The notes: generated from the letters alone by a model not told the origin. A DNA stretch of 64,000 nucleotides from Salibacteraceae bacterium (GCA_048267965.1 JBLWWK010000015.1:4661-68660); one strand, 5' to 3'. Positions 1 to 9,930 are shown, counted from the first letter of the stretch. Numbers and translations: made by a program.

Positions 1-552
1 GCGCAAGATGCAGGCATCAATACAGATGGCATTGGCGATAAACTTAAAGTGAAGGTGAAAATTGAAGGCGATATCGCAGATCCTTCTGTAAAACCTGTTT
101 TCGAAGGAACACAAGCCAACTCTGCTAAAGATGCTGTGAAAGATGCCGTAAAAGACAAAGTAGACGAGGCCAAAAAAGAGGCCAAAAAGAAAGCCAAAGA
201 AGAAGCGGATAAACTTTTGGAAGATGCTCAAAAACAAGCCGATAATCTTGTGGCAGAAGCTAAAAAACAGGCCGATAATATTCGTAAAGAAGGTAAAAAA
301 GCCGGAGATCAATTACGAGCAGAAGCTAAAAAGCAAGCCCAATCGTTGGTAGACGAAGCTTCGAATCCTATTGCGAAGAAGTTAGCAGAAACGGCTGCTA
401 AAAAAGTGGAAGAAGAAGCAGATAAAAAAGCCACTCAACTTGAGCAAGAAGCCAACAAAAGAGCCGATGGCGTTGAAACAAAAGCGCAAGAACAAGCCGA
501 TAAAATAATGGAACAAGCAAGACAAAAAGCAGACGAAAAACTAGCCGAATAG
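1..552 (+). CDS. C-terminal fragment of a larger protein (gene starts upstream of the window); AsmA/TamB-like end followed by a Lys/Ala/Glu-rich coiled-coil tail
   Basis: Frame 1 is open from nt 1 (AQDAGINTDGIGDKLKVKVK...) into the listed ORF 49..552. KIEGDIADPSVKP is followed by about 140 aa of AEAKKQA-type repeats. Confidence 0.55.
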   Translation, partial: AQDAGINTDGIGDKLKVKVKIEGDIADPSVKPVFEGTQANSAKDAVKDAVKDKVDEAKKEAKKKAKEEADKLLEDAQKQADNLVAEAKKQADNIRKEGKKAGDQLRAEAKKQAQSLVDEASNPIAKKLAETAAKKVEEEADKKATQLEQEANKRADGVETKAQEQADKIMEQARQKADEKLAE

Positions 553-555
553 TCA

Positions 556-2631
556 ATGAATACATCAACATTTCCATCACAAACATTAAAGAGCAGTTGG
601 TTTCTAACCCTGCTCTTTTTTACTTTATCGTTTTCGATTCTAGCACAAAATAAATGTGAAGGAACCGATAACAAGAAAGCAGAAAAACTCTACAAAAAAG
701 GAATTGACAAAAAGAACAGTAAATCTGAACGGATTGCTTACTTAAAACAAGCCTTACAAGAAGACGAAAACTACATAGATGCCAATTGGAAACTGGCCGA
801 TGTACTCACCAAAACTGCACGATTAAAAGGCGAAAGTTTCATCAAAGCCACCCCTTTCTTAGAAAAAATCGTTGAAAACTGTCCAGATTACCATTCGTCT
901 CCGTATTACTTTTTAGGCCAAATTGCCTTAGATAAAGGTGATTACGAAGAGTCGGTTACTTATTTTAAGCAGTTTATTGATTTCCAATCAGACGATAATT
1001 CAAAATTCGATAGAAGGTACGATGAGTACCTAGAATTGGCTAAGCAAAACTACAAATGGGCGAAATTTTACCACGAACAATATGCAAGTCCTGTTGCGTT
1101 TAAACCCACATTGGTAGCACAAGTTTCTACCCAAAAAGATGAGTATTTACCCCTGGTAACCCCCGATAACGAAAACATGTACTTTACCCGCAGAACGCAG
1201 AAGAAGGCGCAAAACAAAGGCTCTTATTTCGGTTCAACCACTACAGATTTTATCGAATCGTTTTCGGTAGCGCCAAGAAAAGGTCATCAATTCGAGGTAG
1301 GAACCGCTCTACCTGCTCCGTTTAATACCATGAAAGATGTAAACTACGGAGGCGCAACGGTTTCTATCGATAACAAAGAACTGTATTTAACCGTTTGTAC
1401 ACCTGTTGCGGGTTCTATCAATTGCGATTTGTATGGCACCCAGCGTGTTTTCGGTTTTAACCCAGCCACCAATAAAGAAGAGTGGCATTGGACCGAGTTA
1501 AAAAACTTGGGGCCTAATGTAAATACAGACGATGGTTGGGAAGCTCAACCGAGTTTGTCGAAAGATGGTAAAACATTGATTTTTGCCAGTGCTCGTGAAG
1601 GCTCTGAAGGTATCGACATTTACCAAACTACTCGTTTACCCAACGGAAATTGGGCTCCAGCCGAAAGAATTCCTGAGCCCATTAGCACTCCAGAAAACGA
1701 TAAAACGCCTTTTTTTCACAGTGATAGTAAAACCTTGTATTACGCTTCAGAAGGGCATTTGAACCATGGAGGTTACGATGTTTTCTATGCTAAAATGGGA
1801 GAAGATGGAAAATGGCAAGAACCCATTAACTTAGGGTATCCGATCAACTCTAGCGGAGATGAACACGGCTTTGTGGTAAGTACAGATGGCCAACACGTGT
1901 ATTTTACCAGCAATAAAATTGACGGTAAAAATAAAACCGCTTTAAATATCTATTCTTTTCCGCTTTACAAAGAAGCTCGTCCTGAGCAAGTAATAATGGT
2001 TAAAGGAAGTGTAAAAGACGAAAACGGCAAGGCACCTTCGGGAGCAGTAGTTGAAGTGAAAAATCCAGAAACCAACGAAAAAGAAACCTTTAAAGTTGAT
2101 TCGATATCTGGAGATTACACGGCAATTGTTACGGTTCCTACCAAAAATGCCGAAAAAGTAGCCAGTAAATTGGTGGTGAACATTAAATCACCCGATAAGG
2201 CATTCGAAAGTTTTTCGGTAAGTACAGATACAGTAGGGCAGGGCTTCAAAATCAATAAAGAAATAGAAGTAAAAACCATAAAGGTAGGATCCCCTTACCG
2301 CATTAACGATATTTACTACTCTACCAATAGCGCTGATATTACGGTAGATTCAAAACTGATTTTAGATGAATTTGCCGAATGGCTAATTGACAACCCTACG
2401 GTAACTATTGCCATTCACGGCCATACCGATAATGTGGGAGATGCAAGTAGCAATATGGTTTTGAGTACCGATAGAGCGTTTTCGGTAAAACAATACATCG
2501 AGAAAAAAGGTGTGAATGGTAAAAGATTGAAATTCAAAGGTTACGGGGAAGAAAAACCCGTGGCAAGCAATGCTACGCAATCGGGAAGAAACCTAAATAG
2601 AAGAACAGAATTTATAATCTTATCTAAATAA
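556..2631 (+). CDS. OmpA-family protein (signal peptide, TPR-like region, TolB-like beta-propeller repeats, CarboxypepD_reg-like sandwich, C-terminal OmpA peptidoglycan-binding domain)
   Basis: 691-aa ORF. The C-terminus HGHTDNVGDASSNMVLSTDRAFSV...NRRTEFIIL is the OmpA_C signature. Repeated S.DGK.LYF.S blades are present. Confidence 0.85.
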   Translation: MNTSTFPSQTLKSSWFLTLLFFTLSFSILAQNKCEGTDNKKAEKLYKKGIDKKNSKSERIAYLKQALQEDENYIDANWKLADVLTKTARLKGESFIKATPFLEKIVENCPDYHSSPYYFLGQIALDKGDYEESVTYFKQFIDFQSDDNSKFDRRYDEYLELAKQNYKWAKFYHEQYASPVAFKPTLVAQVSTQKDEYLPLVTPDNENMYFTRRTQKKAQNKGSYFGSTTTDFIESFSVAPRKGHQFEVGTALPAPFNTMKDVNYGGATVSIDNKELYLTVCTPVAGSINCDLYGTQRVFGFNPATNKEEWHWTELKNLGPNVNTDDGWEAQPSLSKDGKTLIFASAREGSEGIDIYQTTRLPNGNWAPAERIPEPISTPENDKTPFFHSDSKTLYYASEGHLNHGGYDVFYAKMGEDGKWQEPINLGYPINSSGDEHGFVVSTDGQHVYFTSNKIDGKNKTALNIYSFPLYKEARPEQVIMVKGSVKDENGKAPSGAVVEVKNPETNEKETFKVDSISGDYTAIVTVPTKNAEKVASKLVVNIKSPDKAFESFSVSTDTVGQGFKINKEIEVKTIKVGSPYRINDIYYSTNSADITVDSKLILDEFAEWLIDNPTVTIAIHGHTDNVGDASSNMVLSTDRAFSVKQYIEKKGVNGKRLKFKGYGEEKPVASNATQSGRNLNRRTEFIILSK

Positions 2632-2811
2632 AAAACGGGTTAGCTACTTGCATCGCACCGCTACAACCGTATACCCTTGCTATCTTCCGATCCTGGGGGA
2701 TTCTACAGGAGCTGGTCGTACAAGACTAACCCGGGCGGCAAAAGTATAAAACTCTACATTCTTTGCAAGCAAAGTTTACAAGGTTTCTGTTACATTTGCG
2801 ACTTTCTGCCC

Positions 2812-3351
2812 ATGGAAGAACAAATAGACATAAAAGATTTACTCAATTATTCAGCCATTTTTGGCTTGGGTTTAGTAGCGTTTTCTGTTGGTACAGAGTT
2901 ACTTGGCTTAGACGATAACGTGGTGGTGAGCATCTTACAATTACTCGTAATTGTGTTCGGAGTTTTTTTTGTGGTTCGGTATATTCGAGATCACTTATTA
3001 GAAGGTTACATCTCTTACAGCAAATTGATTCGTCTTTCAGTAATGGTGAGCTTTTTAGGAGGCGTAATTTTAGGGTTTTACACTTACATTTACTTGATTT
3101 ATATTCAACCTGATACAATAGATCAGCTTTTCGATGTGGCTTACAGTCAGTTACAAGAGCAAGGTAAAAGCGAAGAAGAAATAGCAAGTGAAATGACGAT
3201 GTACGAAGAAGTTTACACGCCATCAACATTAGCTATTACTAACGTTTTCATGGTAATCTTTACCGGCTTTTTATCGTCTTTACTTTTTGGATTGCTCTTA
3301 AAGAACGATCCCGAATTACCCATCGAAAACGAAAACGCAAACAATGAGTAA
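2812..3351 (+). CDS. DUF4199-like small multi-pass membrane protein
   Basis: The first ATG at 2812 (MEEQIDIKDLLNY...) gives a protein of about 179 aa with 4 hydrophobic helices. Its end overlaps the downstream GT2 start by 8 nt. The ORF-track start 2677 is a TTG extension. Confidence 0.6.
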   Translation: MEEQIDIKDLLNYSAIFGLGLVAFSVGTELLGLDDNVVVSILQLLVIVFGVFFVVRYIRDHLLEGYISYSKLIRLSVMVSFLGGVILGFYTYIYLIYIQPDTIDQLFDVAYSQLQEQGKSEEEIASEMTMYEEVYTPSTLAITNVFMVIFTGFLSSLLFGLLLKNDPELPIENENANNE

Positions 3352-4309
3352 GAATATTTCAATTGTTGTTCCTCTTTTAAACGAAGAAGAATCTTTGAAA
3401 CCACTCTTTAAGTGGATCAAAGAAGTAATGGAAAAACACGGCTTTTCTTATGAAGTGTTGTTTGTAGACGATGGTAGCACCGACCATTCGTGGAGAATTA
3501 TTACTGAGCTTTCTGCCGAACATTCTGAGGTGAAAGGCATTAAATTTCGAAGAAATTACGGTAAATCTGCCGCTTTAAATACAGGGTTTAAAGCTACCGA
3601 AGGCGAAGTGGTTATTACCATGGATGCAGATTTACAAGATAGCCCTGAAGAAATTCCAGAATTGTTCAAAATGATCAAAAAAGACCATTTTGATTTGGTT
3701 TCTGGTTGGAAAAAGAAAAGATACGATCCCGTTTCAAAAACGGTTCCTACTAAACTCTTTAATTGGGCTACTCGAAAGGCGAGTGGAATTTATCTGCACG
3801 ATTTCAATTGTGGTTTAAAAGCATACCGATCAGAAGTAGTTCACAGCATAAATGTTTACGGTGAAATGCACCGTTATATTCCTGTAATTGCCAAGCAATC
3901 AGGGTTTAATAAAATTGGTGAGAAGGTGGTAGAGCATCGCGCCCGAGAACATGGTAAATCAAAATTTGGCGGCATAGAACGTTTTATTCGCGGTTTTCTC
4001 GATTTACTTTCTATCACATTTGTATCAAAATATGGGCAACGCCCCATGCACTTTTTTGGTCCGCTAGGTACGTTAATGTTCATCGCAGGCTTTGCCATTG
4101 TAGCCTACCTCGGAATCGAAAAGTGGTACTATCTGCAAATTCACGAAAGCAAAAGATTGGTAGCTGAAAACCCACTCTTTTATATTGCGTTAACCACCAT
4201 GATTTTGGGTACTCAACTGTTTTTAGCGGGCTTTTTGGCCGAGCTGATTTCACTCAATTCACCCGAAAGAAATAATTATCAAATCGCTCAAACTTCTAAC
4301 CTCGATTAA
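3344..4309 (+). CDS. GT2 glycosyltransferase, polyprenyl-phosphate sugar transferase type (DPM1/GtrB-like) with C-terminal TM helices
   Basis: Motifs VVPLLNEEE, FVDDGSTD and TMDADLQD (DxD) are present, plus two C-terminal hydrophobic helices. Confidence 0.85.
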   Translation: MSKNISIVVPLLNEEESLKPLFKWIKEVMEKHGFSYEVLFVDDGSTDHSWRIITELSAEHSEVKGIKFRRNYGKSAALNTGFKATEGEVVITMDADLQDSPEEIPELFKMIKKDHFDLVSGWKKKRYDPVSKTVPTKLFNWATRKASGIYLHDFNCGLKAYRSEVVHSINVYGEMHRYIPVIAKQSGFNKIGEKVVEHRAREHGKSKFGGIERFIRGFLDLLSITFVSKYGQRPMHFFGPLGTLMFIAGFAIVAYLGIEKWYYLQIHESKRLVAENPLFYIALTTMILGTQLFLAGFLAELISLNSPERNNYQIAQTSNLD

Positions 4310-5274
4310 TGCGGTATTCTGCGATTATTCCGGTGTATAACCGACCAGACGAAATCAAAGAATTGCTAGAGTCGTTAACCCGACAAACAGTAAAAGATTT
4401 TGAGGTAATTGTGGTAGAAGATGGTTCTTCACAAGATGCAGCCCAAGAAGTTAAGGCGTTTTTCGATGTGCTAGATGTAAAATACTTTGTAAAGCCCAAC
4501 GAAGGTCAAGGTTTTGCTCGCAATTTTGGTTTCGAAAAAGCACAGGGAGATTGGTTAATTGTTTTCGATTCAGACGCTATTATTCCTCCCAATTACTTCG
4601 AAGAAGTGAATGCTTTTTTAGCTAAAAACCCAGAAGTAAAAGCCTTTGGTGGTCCTGATGCATCGCATCCATCATTTACTCCTATGCAGAAAGCCATCAG
4701 TTATTCTATGACATCGTTATTTACTACGGGTGGTATTAGAGGAGGTGAAAATAGAGTAGGGGAGTTTCATCCGCGAAGCTTTAACATGGGAATTGCTCGC
4801 GAGGTTTATCAAAAAATTGGCGGCTATAAAATCACTCGAATGGGTGAAGATATTGAGTTTTCGATCAGAATTATTGAAAACGGATTTAAAACAGCACTTA
4901 TTCCTAAAGCCTTTATTTATCACAAGCGCAGAACCAATTTATCGCAGTTTTACAAGCAGCTGCACTTTTTTGGCCGAGCTCGAATTAACATTGCTCGTTT
5001 TTATCCTAGCGAAATAAAATTAGTACACCTGTTTCCTGCTTTTTTTGTAGCCGCTTGGTTCGTCTATTTACTCAGCTGGGCGGTATTTAGGCCATTAGCA
5101 ACGGTAGGAACCGTAATACTCTTTTTCTATTATTTTGCCATATTTCTAGATAGCACCGTTCGAAATAAATCGATAAAAATTGGCGTTCTCAGTATGGCAA
5201 CATCGTTTGTTCAGCTCTTTGCTTATGGCGTGGGCTTTTATACTGAATGGCTCAACAAAACGTTAAAATCGTAA
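4309..5274 (+). CDS. GT2 family glycosyltransferase with C-terminal membrane region
   Basis: Motifs IIPVYNRPDE, VVEDGSSQD and VFDSDA are present. The start overlaps the upstream stop (TAATG). Confidence 0.8.
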   Translation: MRYSAIIPVYNRPDEIKELLESLTRQTVKDFEVIVVEDGSSQDAAQEVKAFFDVLDVKYFVKPNEGQGFARNFGFEKAQGDWLIVFDSDAIIPPNYFEEVNAFLAKNPEVKAFGGPDASHPSFTPMQKAISYSMTSLFTTGGIRGGENRVGEFHPRSFNMGIAREVYQKIGGYKITRMGEDIEFSIRIIENGFKTALIPKAFIYHKRRTNLSQFYKQLHFFGRARINIARFYPSEIKLVHLFPAFFVAAWFVYLLSWAVFRPLATVGTVILFFYYFAIFLDSTVRNKSIKIGVLSMATSFVQLFAYGVGFYTEWLNKTLKS

Positions 5275-5304
5275 ACTTGGTCTGTAATTTGAACTTGGCT
5301 TACC

Positions 5305-6006
5305 ATGATGAAACTTATTCCATTTACTCTGCTTTTATTGCTTTTTAGCTTTTCTACAATTGCTCAAGATACCTTGAATAAAACCGATGAAAATGGTTTA
5401 AAACAAGGTTATTGGATCAAGAAAAACGAGCGCGGAGTAAAAGTTTACGAAGGCCGATTTTTAAACGATGTTCCCGTAGATACTTTCTTGTATTACGATA
5501 TTAACGGTGATAAAAATGCACGTCTTGTTTGGTTAGATGCTGTAACAAGTATGGCGACTATTTATTATCCAGACGGAACCAAAGCGGGCGAAGGAAAATA
5601 CGTAAACAAGCAAAAAGAAGGCTTGTGGAAGTTATACGATGGAAACGAAATTTTGAGTGCCGAGCAGTATTGGAAAAATGGAAAGAAACACGGTTCCTAC
5701 AAAGTGTATTACGATGATGGCTCTGTTTCTGTTGAATCGCACTTCGAAAACGGTCTAGAGCACGGTTTACGAAAAGAGTTTTGGTTAGATGGAAAGCGCA
5801 AATTTGAAGGCAATTTTGTAGACGGCAACCCAGATGGCGAAGTAAAATACTACAACGAAGAAGGTCAACTTACCGAAAAAGGAACGTATAAGAATGCCGT
5901 TCGTCACGGTAAATGGATGCATTACGGGCAGCATGGCATAGATAAAATCACCATATTTGAGTATGGTAAACAGAAAGAAGTCAAAACAATTAGCAGCGAA
6001 GATTAG
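5305..6006 (+). CDS. MORN-repeat variant protein (YwqK-like), secreted
   Basis: Signal peptide, then repeated G.W..Y...G / NGK.HG.YK.YY.DG units. Confidence 0.6.
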   Translation: MMKLIPFTLLLLLFSFSTIAQDTLNKTDENGLKQGYWIKKNERGVKVYEGRFLNDVPVDTFLYYDINGDKNARLVWLDAVTSMATIYYPDGTKAGEGKYVNKQKEGLWKLYDGNEILSAEQYWKNGKKHGSYKVYYDDGSVSVESHFENGLEHGLRKEFWLDGKRKFEGNFVDGNPDGEVKYYNEEGQLTEKGTYKNAVRHGKWMHYGQHGIDKITIFEYGKQKEVKTISSED

Positions 6007-7645
6007 CCTTTTCGTTGGCTTGCTTAGCAGTTCTTCACTCTACAGCCAAATCGCTCCATCTAAATATTTTGTTCCTTTTAGTAACAAGAGTAACACGCAA
6101 TATTCTACTGAAAAACCCCTAGAATTTCTGAGCAAATCAGCTGTGCTAAGGCGCTTGCAGCAAGGCATCGCTATTACTGCGCAAGATTTTCCGGTTAATA
6201 AAGAATACATTCAAGAAGTAAAAGCACAAGGCCATGTAAAGGTGCTGTATTCGTTAAAATGGTTCAATGGAGTGGTAATTGAAACCGAAGACTCTATCGC
6301 CATCGATAAAATTGAGCAATTGCCTTTTGTAAAAGGCTCTATTCGTCAAGAATTCAACAACTTCATCACCAATCGTAAAAAGCATCAGAAATGGGATATT
6401 CAGCTCGAAATTAGTGAAGAAAGTGAATTTGCAGACACTCTTTATGGGGCGGCTTGGCCTCAAACACAAATGCTCAATTTAATTTCGTTGCATCAAGAAG
6501 GCAATCTCGGCCAAGAGATGAGAATTGGCATTTTCGATTCGGGTTTTGCAGGGGCAGATACCTTAGAAGTTTTTCAACCTTCTTTTGCTAACGGAAGAGT
6601 AGAAGCTACTTTCGATTTAGTAGATGGCGGTGAAATTTTATTCGATAAACACTCTCACGGCACCCATGTTTGGAGCACAATGGCCGGCAACTCAGCCTAT
6701 CGTTTTGTAGGAACCGCTCCTGAAGCTATATACTCACTCTTCAGAACCGAAGATGTTAACTCAGAATACATTATTGAAGAGTTTAACTGGGTGGCTGCCG
6801 CAGAACTGGCCGACAGCATGGGAATAGACATCATCAATACCTCTCTAGGGTACACCGAATTTGACGATCCCAACATGAATCATGTTTATTCAGACCTCGA
6901 TGGCAATCGAACCCCAGCCGCTATCGGTGCAGATATTGCCGCCTCAAAAGGTATGCTGTTAGTGGTAAGTGCAGGTAATAACGGTGACGATTCGTGGGTG
7001 TATATCTCAACCCCTGCAGATGCAGATTCTGTTTTAACGGTAGGAGCCGTAAACAGCCAAGGTGTTTATGCTCCCTTTAGCAGTCTAGGATACGCTGCCG
7101 ATGGAGATGTTAAACCCAATGTAATGGCATTAGGCCAAGGAGCCGCAGTGTGGACGTATGGAAACCAGGCTGCCTTAACTAACGGAACTTCCTTTTCAGG
7201 GCCGATAATGGCAGGAGCCGTTGCCTGCTTATGGCAAAATAACCGCGATAAAACCAATATGGAAATTATTGCAGCCGTAGAACAAAGCGCATCGTTTTAC
7301 AGCGAACCCAACCAACGCTACGGGTATGGAATTCCTGATTTTTCATTAGCACAAGAAATTCTATCTGAAAAGAGAGCAAAAACTTCTGTAAATCAATGGT
7401 CTATCTATCCCAACCCGGGAGCAGCCAGCCCTTTGCAAATTCGCTATACCGGAAAGAGCAACGAAACCGCAAAAATTACCATTCATTCTACTTCGGGCAC
7501 TTTAATGTACAATCGTTCAATAGAAACGAGTTTTAGAGAATTTACTTTACCCACTTCGGTAGAGTGGCCAGCGGGTTCCTACTTGATTGAATTAGATTTT
7601 CGAGGCGAAAAGCAACAGTTTACTTGGATAAAATTGGATAAATAA
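5963..7645 (+). CDS. S8 (subtilisin-family) serine peptidase with T9SS type-A C-terminal sorting domain
   Basis: Catalytic triad contexts are IGIFDSGF (D), HGTHVWST (H) and NGTSFSGP (S). The C-terminus reads SIYPNPGAASPLQIRY...AGSYLIEL. The first ATG is at 5963 and overlaps the MORN gene by 44 nt. Confidence 0.85.
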   Translation: MVNRKKSKQLAAKISLFVGLLSSSSLYSQIAPSKYFVPFSNKSNTQYSTEKPLEFLSKSAVLRRLQQGIAITAQDFPVNKEYIQEVKAQGHVKVLYSLKWFNGVVIETEDSIAIDKIEQLPFVKGSIRQEFNNFITNRKKHQKWDIQLEISEESEFADTLYGAAWPQTQMLNLISLHQEGNLGQEMRIGIFDSGFAGADTLEVFQPSFANGRVEATFDLVDGGEILFDKHSHGTHVWSTMAGNSAYRFVGTAPEAIYSLFRTEDVNSEYIIEEFNWVAAAELADSMGIDIINTSLGYTEFDDPNMNHVYSDLDGNRTPAAIGADIAASKGMLLVVSAGNNGDDSWVYISTPADADSVLTVGAVNSQGVYAPFSSLGYAADGDVKPNVMALGQGAAVWTYGNQAALTNGTSFSGPIMAGAVACLWQNNRDKTNMEIIAAVEQSASFYSEPNQRYGYGIPDFSLAQEILSEKRAKTSVNQWSIYPNPGAASPLQIRYTGKSNETAKITIHSTSGTLMYNRSIETSFREFTLPTSVEWPAGSYLIELDFRGEKQQFTWIKLDK

Positions 7646-8103
7646 TGGCAAAACAAGCGTTTAACTCAGTAGAAGAATACGTAGAATCACTACCTGAAGA
7701 GCGAAGAGAAGCAATCAATAAAATTCGATCAATTATCAACCAAAAGTTAAAAGGTGAGTTTGAAGAAACCTTGAGCTACAATATGTTAGGTTGGGTGGTG
7801 CCTAAAAGTGTATATCCAGCAGGTTACCATTGCACACCAGAATTGCCTTTGCCGTTTATTAATTTGGCCTCTCAAAAAAAATATGTGGCCTTGTACCATT
7901 CAGGAATGTATGCTCAGCCAGAAATACAAGCGTGGTTTCAAGAAGAGTATCCGAAAAGAGCGAAGTACAAACTAGACATGGGAAAAAGCTGTATTCGGTT
8001 TAAACGAATGGACGATATTCCCTATGATTTAATTGAAGAATTAATAGAAAAAATGTCGGTAAACGATTGGATTTCTATCTACGAAGAGAATATAAAGCGT
8101 TAA
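7645..8103 (+). CDS. DUF1801 (YdhG-like) domain protein
   Basis: 152 aa. FNSVEEYVESLPEERREAINKIRSII...LSYNMLGWV matches the DUF1801 pattern as I recall it. Confidence 0.55.
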   Translation: MAKQAFNSVEEYVESLPEERREAINKIRSIINQKLKGEFEETLSYNMLGWVVPKSVYPAGYHCTPELPLPFINLASQKKYVALYHSGMYAQPEIQAWFQEEYPKRAKYKLDMGKSCIRFKRMDDIPYDLIEELIEKMSVNDWISIYEENIKR

Positions 8104-8107
8104 AAAC

Positions 8108-8155
8108 AAAACAGCACTTTCTGGCTGTGTTTACCAAAAAGTGCTGTTTTTCTAT
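8108..8155. terminator. bidirectional Rho-independent terminator between convergent genes
   Basis: AAACAGCACTTT (8108-8120) pairs with AAAGTGCTGTTT (8138-8149). It is flanked by an A-run on the 5' side and a T-run on the 3' side. Confidence 0.75.
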
Positions 8156-8160
8156 TCGTA

Positions 8161-8172
8161 TCGGTAGGAACC
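8161..8172 (+). repeat. intergenic copy of the 12-mer TCGGTAGGAACC
   Basis: Exact 12-mer directly after the bidirectional terminator, between convergent genes. Confidence 0.9.
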
Positions 8173-8182
8173 CATTTCGTTT

Positions 8183-8596
8183 TTATTCAAGTAGAATTTC
8201 AATGATGGTATTTCTCTTCACTTCGAACAGTTGGGAAGAAAAGCTGGGCGGCCCAATTTTACCACGAACATTGTTAGAAAAGCCGTATGGCTCGGTGGGT
8301 ATACCCATCCAATTGGCATTCATTTCGCCATCGTTGTCTATATCGTGGAAAGCTCTTACTGCATAGGTTCCGGCAGGAACTTGATGAAAAGTAATTTGAA
8401 CAAAATTGGCACGAACTTCAACTGTTTTGCCCGTATATACTTTTTGGTTTTCATCGAAAAGTTGAGCAAAAACAGTTCCCTTGTCTTCGGTTAAATTAGG
8501 GAACTTCACCGTTATATCTACCGTAGAAACGGGCTTTTGTGCCCAGGCTAACAAAGGTAAAAAGAGAAATACCCATTGAATCAAATAGCGGTTCAT
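8183..8596 (-). CDS. DUF2141 domain protein, secreted
   Basis: AFHDIDNDGEMNANWMGIPTEPYGFSNN is the typical DUF2141 core. The ATG at 8596 (MNRYLIQWVFLFLPLLAWAQ) gives a signal peptide and removes the overlap with hutI. Confidence 0.7.
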   Translation of the reverse strand: MNRYLIQWVFLFLPLLAWAQKPVSTVDITVKFPNLTEDKGTVFAQLFDENQKVYTGKTVEVRANFVQITFHQVPAGTYAVRAFHDIDNDGEMNANWMGIPTEPYGFSNNVRGKIGPPSFSSQLFEVKRNTIIEILLE

Positions 8597-8621
8597 ACCG
8601 TTTGTGAATTTTAAATGTAGA

Positions 8622-9893
8622 TTAATCAAACGATTTTCCTTTGCGAATTATTTCACCATTCACCACAACCGAATCAATGGTGTCTGTACCAAAAGCATAC
8701 GGCATAAAATCGATGTTTTTCATAGGCGTGCTAATAATAAAACTCGCTTTTTTACCAATGGCAATGGTTCCTACAGAATCTCCCATTTCCATAGCGGCAG
8801 CACCGTTAATGGTTACAGCATTAAGCGCCTGAAAAGGAGTCATTCTTTGTTTAATACAGCCCATGCTAAAAACCAATTTCATATTTCCGTTAGGAGTAGA
8901 ACCCGGGTTGTAATCAGAGGCTAGTGCCACTGGAATATTAGCTTCCATTAAACGATTAACAGGCGTGTACGGTAAACTTAAAAAGAAAGAGCAAGAAGGT
9001 AAGCCTGTGGCAATGGTGGTAGATTTTTTTAGAGCGGTTATGTCTTCTTCTCCTAATTCTTCTAAATGGTCTACAGAAACCGCATTAAAACGAGTGGCCA
9101 ATTCAATACCGCCTTGAATGCTAAACTGATTTACGTGTAATTTAGGTTTTAAGCCATGTTCGGTTCCTGCCGTTAAAATTCTCTCTGCTTGCTCTACGGT
9201 GAAGTAATTGCGCTCAATAAATATGTCGATGTATTCGGCTAGTTCTTCTTTCGCCACCACCGGAATCATCTCTTCAATGATAAGCTCTACGTAAGCATCG
9301 CGGTTTTCTTTGTATTCTGTCGGAAAAGCGTGAGCGCCCAAAAATGTAGCCTTTATGGGAATGTTTCGGGCTGCTTTTAAGCGCTTGATTACTCGCAGCA
9401 TTTTTAGCTCGGCATCTACGGTAAGCCCGTAACCACTTTTAATTTCAATAGCGCCAGTACCTTGATGCATTACTTCGTCTAAGCGTTTTAGAGCGCTTTC
9501 GAATAATTGATCTTCAGTTGCTTGATTCAGCTTTTTAGCTGAGTTGAGAATTCCTCCGCCTTTAAGAGCAATTTCTTCGTAAGTAAGGCCTTTAATGCGG
9601 TCTACAAATTCACCTTCTCGGCTTTCAGCAAAAACCAAATGGGTATGTGAATCACAAAAAGTTGGAATTACAATACCTCCGTTGGCATCAGCAATGGTTA
9701 AATCGTTCCAGTCAGAAATACCTTGTAAATCGGTCATGCTTCCAAAGTCTACAATCACATCGTTTTCGATGGCGAGGTAGGCATTTTCGATAAAAGGCAC
9801 TTGATCCATTTCTAAACCGTTCACTCGTGTTCTGGGAGTGGAAGTATCGGTTTGATATAACTTCTGAATATTCTTGACAAGAATTTTACTCAT
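8622..9893 (-). CDS. hutI: imidazolonepropionase
   Basis: Amidohydrolase fold with FCDSHTHLVF metal motif, KLHVNQFS and ALASDYNPGS, at about 420 aa. The ATG is at 9893; the ORF-track start 9914 is TTG. Confidence 0.85.
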   Translation of the reverse strand: MSKILVKNIQKLYQTDTSTPRTRVNGLEMDQVPFIENAYLAIENDVIVDFGSMTDLQGISDWNDLTIADANGGIVIPTFCDSHTHLVFAESREGEFVDRIKGLTYEEIALKGGGILNSAKKLNQATEDQLFESALKRLDEVMHQGTGAIEIKSGYGLTVDAELKMLRVIKRLKAARNIPIKATFLGAHAFPTEYKENRDAYVELIIEEMIPVVAKEELAEYIDIFIERNYFTVEQAERILTAGTEHGLKPKLHVNQFSIQGGIELATRFNAVSVDHLEELGEEDITALKKSTTIATGLPSCSFFLSLPYTPVNRLMEANIPVALASDYNPGSTPNGNMKLVFSMGCIKQRMTPFQALNAVTINGAAAMEMGDSVGTIAIGKKASFIISTPMKNIDFMPYAFGTDTIDSVVVNGEIIRKGKSFD

Positions 9894-9930
9894 ATTGCTT
9901 GAAGATTTTGGCAAAGATGATAAATCAAAA

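Noticed and set aside
359-368. tRNA T-arm-like string CTTCGAATCC
   Set aside because: It lies inside the open reading frame of the K/A/E-rich tail. No acceptor or anticodon stems can be built around it.
2677-2811. N-terminal 45-codon extension of the DUF4199-like ORF (TTG start at 2677)
   Set aside because: The extension is GC-rich and non-hydrophobic, and it overlaps the putative structured segment 2636-2733. The first ATG at 2812 gives a normal membrane-protein N-terminus.
8067-8924. Plus-strand ORFs 8067..8366, 8231..8494, 8604..8924 and 8641..8832
   Set aside because: They overlap the DUF2141 and hutI genes on the opposite strand and cross the bidirectional terminator. No family resemblance.
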